From Desulfobacteraceae bacterium (GTDB lineage Bacteria; Desulfobacterota; Desulfobacteria; Desulfobacterales; JAABSP01), in contig JAABTD010000008.1 of assembly GCA_011390065.1 (NCBI GenBank), positions 1-52,588 on the forward strand: a stretch of 52,588 nucleotides of DNA, in the 5' to 3' direction. Below the pieces are notes generated by a model. The model did not search any database. It saw nothing but the letters and a program-made list of their open reading frames with translations, and was not told the origin of the DNA. Shown here one piece after another: positions 49,495 to 52,588 of the stretch (its first letter is position 1; each line of letters starts with the position of its first letter). The translations under genes were made by a program, and so were the position numbers.

Positions 49495-50094
49495 CTATTT
49501 TAAAACGTTTTGCAGGGAAGCCATGGTAGCGGATATGATCTTTTTGAGGGTCGGCACCACGTTGTGTCCCGTGACGGCGCTCGCCTCGAAAGAGGGGACT
49601 TTGAGCTGGCTGTTGAGGTCCTTTTCCATTACTTCAACGGGCAGGAGCGGCACGTCGTTCAAATCCCTTTTATTATACTGCAATACCAGGGGCACTTTAA
49701 ATATGCTTTTCTTGTAAGCAGCAAGATTGTCCTGCAGGTTTTTCAGGGCGAGGACATTTTTCTTTCTCTGCTCCACTTGTGAATCCGCAACGAACACGAT
49801 GCCGTCGACGCCCTTTAACACCAATTTTCGAGTGGCGTCGTATTTGACCTGCCCGGGTACGGTGTACAACTGCACCTTTACATCGTACCCCATGATCTTT
49901 CCGATGTCAAAAGGGAGGAAATCGAAAAAGAGCGTCCGGTCCCCATGCGTCTTGATGCTGACCATCTCGCTTTTGATGCGTTCCCGAAATTTTCCATAAA
50001 TGTATTCCAGATTGGTTGTTTTCCCGCCCCTTCCAGGACCATAAAAAACGATTTTCGCCTGGACCTCCTTCGATTTCATATTGACGAACGCCAA
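49495..50094 (-). CDS. mglA: MglA family small Ras-like GTPase
   Basis: G1 GPGRGGKTT, G2 DRTLFFDF, G3 YTVPGQ, G4 YNKRD. TTG start with AGGAGG. Confidence 0.95.
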   Translation of the reverse strand: MAFVNMKSKEVQAKIVFYGPGRGGKTTNLEYIYGKFRERIKSEMVSIKTHGDRTLFFDFLPFDIGKIMGYDVKVQLYTVPGQVKYDATRKLVLKGVDGIVFVADSQVEQRKKNVLALKNLQDNLAAYKKSIFKVPLVLQYNKRDLNDVPLLPVEVMEKDLNSQLKVPSFEASAVTGHNVVPTLKKIISATMASLQNVLK

Positions 50095-50174
50095 GATGAT
50101 CCCTCCTACCCGCTAAGTTTTCCGTTTTTTAGGTCTAATTGTGAACATGAGGAGAAACACAACGCCGATTGCCG

Positions 50175-50597
50175 CTATTTCTGGACTATTTTATTAATTT
50201 TATCAATTGCTTCTGCTACTTTCAAGCGCAACAGACCGAGCGTTACCTTTTTTCCGAAAATGGTAATCAGAAGGAATTCATTGCTGACTTTGCTGAAGTG
50301 GATATTCTCATTTTCTCCTTTATGAAACAGGAGGGAAAACTCCTCTTCTCCGACAATCTTCGCCATGGTGTCGACCGCTGCGAAGTTGGCCGACGCAAGG
50401 GCCGCAAGAGAGTAGACGTCGTGATCGCAGTTTCCGTTATCGCGATGGGCGATGATATTGCCCGCCAGGTCGATCAATAGAACGCTGTGGACGCCGCTTT
50501 CCACCAGTTCATCCTGTAAAATCGTCTCGATGCGGTCTAGCTGCTCCTGGCCCAGGGCAAATTCCGAAAAGCTGTAATCATCGTAATTGGAACCCAA
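50175..50597 (-). CDS. mglB: Roadblock/LC7 protein MglB (copy 1)
   Basis: Same motifs as copy 2. TTG start with GGGAG. Confidence 0.88.
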   Translation of the reverse strand: MGSNYDDYSFSEFALGQEQLDRIETILQDELVESGVHSVLLIDLAGNIIAHRDNGNCDHDVYSLAALASANFAAVDTMAKIVGEEEFSLLFHKGENENIHFSKVSNEFLLITIFGKKVTLGLLRLKVAEAIDKINKIVQK

Positions 50598-50837
50598 TTT
50601 CTATTCTCCCATTGCTTGGTCGATCCTCGAAGTTCTCAAATTTATCGCGGCCGTTGCTGACAACAGCATGCAGCGCAAACTGTCAAGGCCGACATCGTAT
50701 ATTTTTTTACCCATGGCGGGGCACGGGGAAATCCGTTCCGGTGCAGTTTGCGTTAACAGAACTTTTTATCCGAAAAATTGTCCGGCTGTCAAAATATTTT
50801 TAGAAAAATCAGCCAAATTGAGACGAAACCAGGCTGG

Positions 50838-50866
50838 ATAATACCAGCCGCACCCACCCCTGTCAA
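50838..50866 (-). promoter_or_regulatory. Sigma70 promoter for the mglB-mglA-mglB operon
   Basis: Minus strand TTGACA-N17-TATTAT. The -10 box is flanked by the inverted repeat GGCTGG/CCAGCC. Confidence 0.6.
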
Positions 50867-51041
50867 TAACTACGCAAATCGAGAAAAAAGGCTTCCAGAC
50901 GGCGGCGGACATTGCCGACCCATAACCGGTTAAATTCACTCCAAAGGCCGATATCTTTTCGGTGCTTGACGCCGATTTTTTTTTGTGATAGAGGTTTTCA
51001 TTCGCGCTTATCAGTGTTGGACACGCAATTCAGGAGACCTC

Positions 51042-52588
51042 ATGACCTTGCGCCAGTCAGCGAGAACGACAGATCTCACGGAATGGACCGGTTTAAGGCA
51101 GTATGCTGAAACCTTCAGCCGTCCGGAAAAGCATCTGAAACATCTTCTTGCAGCAGAGGATCGGTTCTCCGGATTCTCCCGGAGCGGCGGAGGGCTCTTC
51201 TTCGATTTCAGCCGTCAACGCATCGACGCCGCCGCTGTCCGGCGCTTGGTGGATCTGGCCGGCAGACGGGGGGTCTTGAGACGGTTCAGGGAGATGATGG
51301 CGGGCGCCGTCGTCAACACTACCGAAGGGCGGGCCGCGCTCCACACCGCCTGCCGAGATTTTTCCGGACAACCCGTCACTGTGGCGGGAGAAGATGTGAT
51401 GCCGGAGATCCGACGGGTGCGGGAGGAGATCCGAGAGTTTTCCGAGGCCGTTCGAGGGGGCCGCATCACGGGATCCACGGGCAAACCTTTCAGGGACCTG
51501 GTGGTGATCGGCATCGGCGGTTCCTATCTGGGGCCGCTGTTCGTTTCAGAGGCCCTGGGGGCCTATGCCTCCGGGGGATTTCGTCTCCACTACCTGGCCA
51601 ATGTGGACAGCCACAATTTCGGCAGAATTGCGCCCCGCATCGATCCGGAACAGACCCTGTGGATCGTGATCTCCAAAAGCTACACCACGCCGGAAACCCT
51701 TGCCAATACCCGTCTGGCTTACGATTTCATGGCTGAAAAAGGTCTCGATCCCGCCAGGCATGTCGTAACGGTCACCGCAAAGGGCAGCCCCGGCGACGAC
51801 CCCTCCAATCCGGTGCTCAAGGCCTTCCACATGTTCGATTTCATCGGGGGCCGGTACAGCGTCGCTTCGGCGGTGGGGGGCGTTCCCCTGAGCCTTTACC
51901 TCGGCGATGACGTCTTCGACCGGTTTCTGAAAGGGGCCCAGGAGATGGACGCCCATGCCCGGGACGCCCAGGAGCAGGACAATCTCCCCCTTCTGGCCGC
52001 TCTCATCAGCATATGGAACAACAATTTTCTGGGATACCCCGCGCAAGCCGTCATCCCCTATGCCGATCCTCTGAGCGAATTCCCGGCCCATATCCAGCAA
52101 CTCTATATGGAAAGCAACGGCAAATCCGTGACCGACGACGGCCGCCCGATGGACGCGTCGACCGGGGTGATCCTTTTCGGAGAACCGGGCACCAACGCCC
52201 AGCACTCCTTTTTCCAGCTGGCCCATCAGGGGCAACCCTTTCCAATCGATTTCATCGGCGTGGTCAGACCCCAGTACGGGCCTTGCTCCGTTACATCCAA
52301 AGGCGTGACCAACCACCAGGAACTCTGGGCGAATCTGATCTCCCAGCCCATGGCGCTGGCCATGGGAAAAGAGGATGACAAACCGGAGAAAGCCTTTCCG
52401 GGCAACCGTCCTTCTTCAACACTGGTGTTGCCGGACCTTTCGCCGGAAAGCGTCGGCCGTCTTCTTTCGTTTTACGAGGCCCGGACCGTCTTCGAGGCGT
52501 TCATCTGGTCCATCAATCCTTTCGACCAGTTCGGCGTCGAATTGGGCAAGACCCTGGCGGCGGATATCCGCGGAGAAATGGCGGCCAG
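51042..52588 (+). CDS. pgi: Glucose-6-phosphate isomerase, 3' end outside the window (absent from the ORF track)
   Basis: AGGAG RBS and ATG 51042. Motifs VNTTEGRAALH, VIGIGGSYLGP, ISKSYTT, GGRYS, QQLYMESNGK and NPFDQFGVELGK. Confidence 0.95.
   Translation, partial: MTLRQSARTTDLTEWTGLRQYAETFSRPEKHLKHLLAAEDRFSGFSRSGGGLFFDFSRQRIDAAAVRRLVDLAGRRGVLRRFREMMAGAVVNTTEGRAALHTACRDFSGQPVTVAGEDVMPEIRRVREEIREFSEAVRGGRITGSTGKPFRDLVVIGIGGSYLGPLFVSEALGAYASGGFRLHYLANVDSHNFGRIAPRIDPEQTLWIVISKSYTTPETLANTRLAYDFMAEKGLDPARHVVTVTAKGSPGDDPSNPVLKAFHMFDFIGGRYSVASAVGGVPLSLYLGDDVFDRFLKGAQEMDAHARDAQEQDNLPLLAALISIWNNNFLGYPAQAVIPYADPLSEFPAHIQQLYMESNGKSVTDDGRPMDASTGVILFGEPGTNAQHSFFQLAHQGQPFPIDFIGVVRPQYGPCSVTSKGVTNHQELWANLISQPMALAMGKEDDKPEKAFPGNRPSSTLVLPDLSPESVGRLLSFYEARTVFEAFIWSINPFDQFGVELGKTLAADIRGEMAA

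Noticed and set aside
50912-52378. Short ORFs listed by the track over the last 1.6 kb
   Set aside because: The region is explained by pgi (from 51042), which runs off the window.

Overview
This GC-rich window looks like chromosomal DNA from a Desulfobacterota (Desulfobacterales-like) sulfate reducer; the taxon is inferred from gene content only. It runs from a 5'-truncated folE2 to a 3'-truncated pgi. Housekeeping and metabolic genes include dacB, dtd, tex, a lipoprotein-DUF350-speE cluster, algH/yqgE, signalling genes, several redox genes, a DinG helicase, azlCD and a stand-alone fusA. Main highlights: (1) At 8.2-20.3 kb there is an apparent type-I-like export locus with no ABC or RND motor. 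It encodes a lipidated TolC fused to a SPOR-like domain, a 1560-aa LEPRxLL/DUF4347/Ig-repeat passenger and three membrane-fusion proteins, one fused to an intact site-2 (M50) protease and one to a GAF-like domain. An AT-rich DUF4258/DUF2283 toxin-antitoxin pair interrupts it. (2) An mglB-mglA-mglB operon has two short MglB paralogues, and the next gene carries two acidic motifs resembling the missing MglB C-terminal helix. (3) Two selenoprotein genes, a DsbA/FrnE-like protein (UPWC) and a HesB-like protein (GGUGG), are cut short in the ORF track at in-frame TGA codons. (4) Smaller elements include a GTAG-type REP palindrome, an AATCAC repeat found at two loci, a macrodomain gene remnant and a terminator-like hairpin in the fusA leader. 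All family assignments come from motif recognition by eye; no database search was run.
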